Of a stretch of DNA of 64,000 nt, positions 62,496-64,000 are shown piece by piece; the first letter of the stretch is position 1; every line of letters starts with the position of its first letter. The notes under the pieces were generated by a model. The model worked only from the letters and a program-made list of their open reading frames with translations, did no database searches and was not told the DNA's origin. The position numbers and the translations under genes are program-made. The DNA is from Octopus sinensis (lineage: Eukaryota): contig NC_043004.1 of assembly GCF_006345805.1 (NCBI RefSeq), forward strand, positions 17,174,001 to 17,238,000, written 5' to 3'.

Positions 62496-62704
62496 TTAGG
62501 TTGGTGCATAATTATTGCGGGGTTTTTTTTCCATCTTTAATGATTATTCCGACTGGCTGCCAAGCAAATAGGAAGCAGTAATTGAATTAGATGGTGAATA
62601 TGCTCCGGAATAATCATTTAAAGATGTCGTTGTTAAATGTTATAATTGTTTTTGTTGAATGAAATTTGTTGAAGAGAAGCCGCAATAATTATGCATCACC
62701 CTAA
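62496..62704 (+). mobile_element. 209-bp mariner MITE (Hsmar1/MADE1-like TIRs), TA TSD
   Basis: TA|TTAGGTTGGTGCATAATTATTGCGG ... CCGCAATAATTATGCATCACCCTAA|TA (2 mismatches); carries the C-terminus EAVIELDGEYAPE*. Confidence 0.88.
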
Positions 62705-63214
62705 TAGTATTAACCATTATTTATTTAAAATCTGAGCTTCTATACTTACATAATACAACTTTCCAACAAATGAATCATCATGACAACCTCCAATTACAAG
62801 CGGGGAATGTGTATTAGCAACACTACCTGTAAACAACAAAGAAGATTGTAAAAACAACAACTAACGGTCTTTAAATTGAATATTTTATAATAGAAGTATT
62901 TGGTAGGCATAAGACGGTGAGCTGGGAGAAATTTTAGCATGTCAGGCAAAATGCTTAGCGGCATTTTGTCCGTCTTGCTAATCTGAGTTCAAATTCCGCT
63001 GGGTTGATGAAATCGACTTACCTTTTCCCCAAAATGCTGGTCTTGTGCCAAAATTTGAAACCAATATATCAGAGCGACATGAATTAGATTGCAGAAACCT
63101 TTCTTCTCTTACAAAACTTGAGTATTCTTCACTCGTTATTTAACTTCATTCTCAAAATTCATATTGAAAAATATATCAAACTGCAGACCAAACTAAGTTT
63201 TGGAATGCTGCTGA

Positions 63215-63512
63215 CCGTGGGATTGCACCTAGAAAGTTACCCTCCCAGGCACAAGTACGGGCAGGGTTGTTTATGGAAGACCAGCAGTCCCCCATGCATA
63301 CTGTCCTCCCCTCTCCGCGCCACCAGTGTTATCCAAGGGAAAGGCAACAGCAGATACAGTTTGACACCTATGACATCGCAACTCATTTCTACAGCTGAGT
63401 GAAGTGGAGTAACGTGAAATAAAGTCTTGCTCAAGAACAAAACACACAGCCCGGTCCGGGAATCGAACTCACAACCTCACGATCGTAAGCTCGACGCTCT
63501 AACCACTGAGCC
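63215..63512 (-). mobile_element. SINE-D with clear tRNA-like head
   Basis: Minus strand GGCTCAGTGGTTAG (A box), GAGTTCGATTCCC (B box), then TTGAGCAAGACTTTATTTCACGTTACTCC central domain. Confidence 0.75.
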
Positions 63513-63779
63513 CACATATACTGGGATACAGTATATATAATCGAAGCAAGTAATGTCATCGGTATACAAATGCTTGTAAATCTAAGGGAACCATCCTGAG
63601 AAACGGGCATTTGAGGTAAATTTTATACAGCTTTATAGATCATAAAAATTTAAATGAGCAGACGTGAAAAATTTCACTGAAATTCTTTTGCATTTCTACA
63701 ATATATGCATGCCGGAGTCTTATTTCTCTGTTCACCGATGTGTGTGTGTGTGAGTAGATATGCACGTCGATATATATAT

Positions 63780-63960
63780 CTATATTCGTCATGATAGATC
63801 GCTAGCCACTACACATTCTTTATTTTCTCTCCTTGTTTCTGTATTTCTTTCTGTGCAAGAGCGTATGCTCGAAACGTTAAAGACTTTTTCACTTCCCGAG
63901 CGTTATACTAATACATATGTTTGTTGTCTACACCACCTGTCTTCTTCTTTTGTTTTGTAT
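63780..63960 (+). repeat. Penelope pLTR-like repeat with a degenerate minimal hammerhead (63847-63882)
   Basis: CTTT-CTGTGCA-A-GAGC-GTAT-GCTC-GAAAC-GTT-AAAG; same architecture as 31027-31061. Confidence 0.45.
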
Positions 63961-64000
63961 TTTTGTTTGTGAATTCTCCCTCTCTCTCTCTCTCTCTCTC

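Overview
AT-rich, microsatellite-dense eukaryotic non-coding DNA. The tRNA-derived SINE families, the (TA)n/(GATA)n load and the TE mix suggest an octopus-like (coleoid cephalopod) genome; this is inferred from recalled repeat families, not searched. I found no intact host gene or convincing exon, and almost all ORFs in the track are microsatellite read-throughs or TE remnants. Contents: about 40 copies of two major SINE families (SINE-A and SINE-B here) plus minor SINEs, a Helitron helicase remnant, several Tc1/mariner elements and MITEs, a Chapaev-like transposon with an inverted C-terminal part, R4/Dong-, RTE- and Penelope-type retroelement remnants, several long palindromes, and hammerhead ribozyme motifs (one with a fully intact core at 59222-59280). 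Best candidate for an undescribed system: a family of ~1.7-1.8 kb retroelements encoding only a gag-like ORF1 with a CCHC knuckle and no endonuclease or RT, present three times. Two strongly diverged members (6794-7310, 38616-40451) sit at the identical nucleotide inside the Pol III A box of SINE-B, which points to site-specific parasitism of a SINE. The third (27907-29608, 14-bp TSD) sits beside a degenerate hammerhead in a retrozyme-like unit. Interspersed-repeat boundaries were read by eye and may be off by 10-30 bp unless junctions are quoted.
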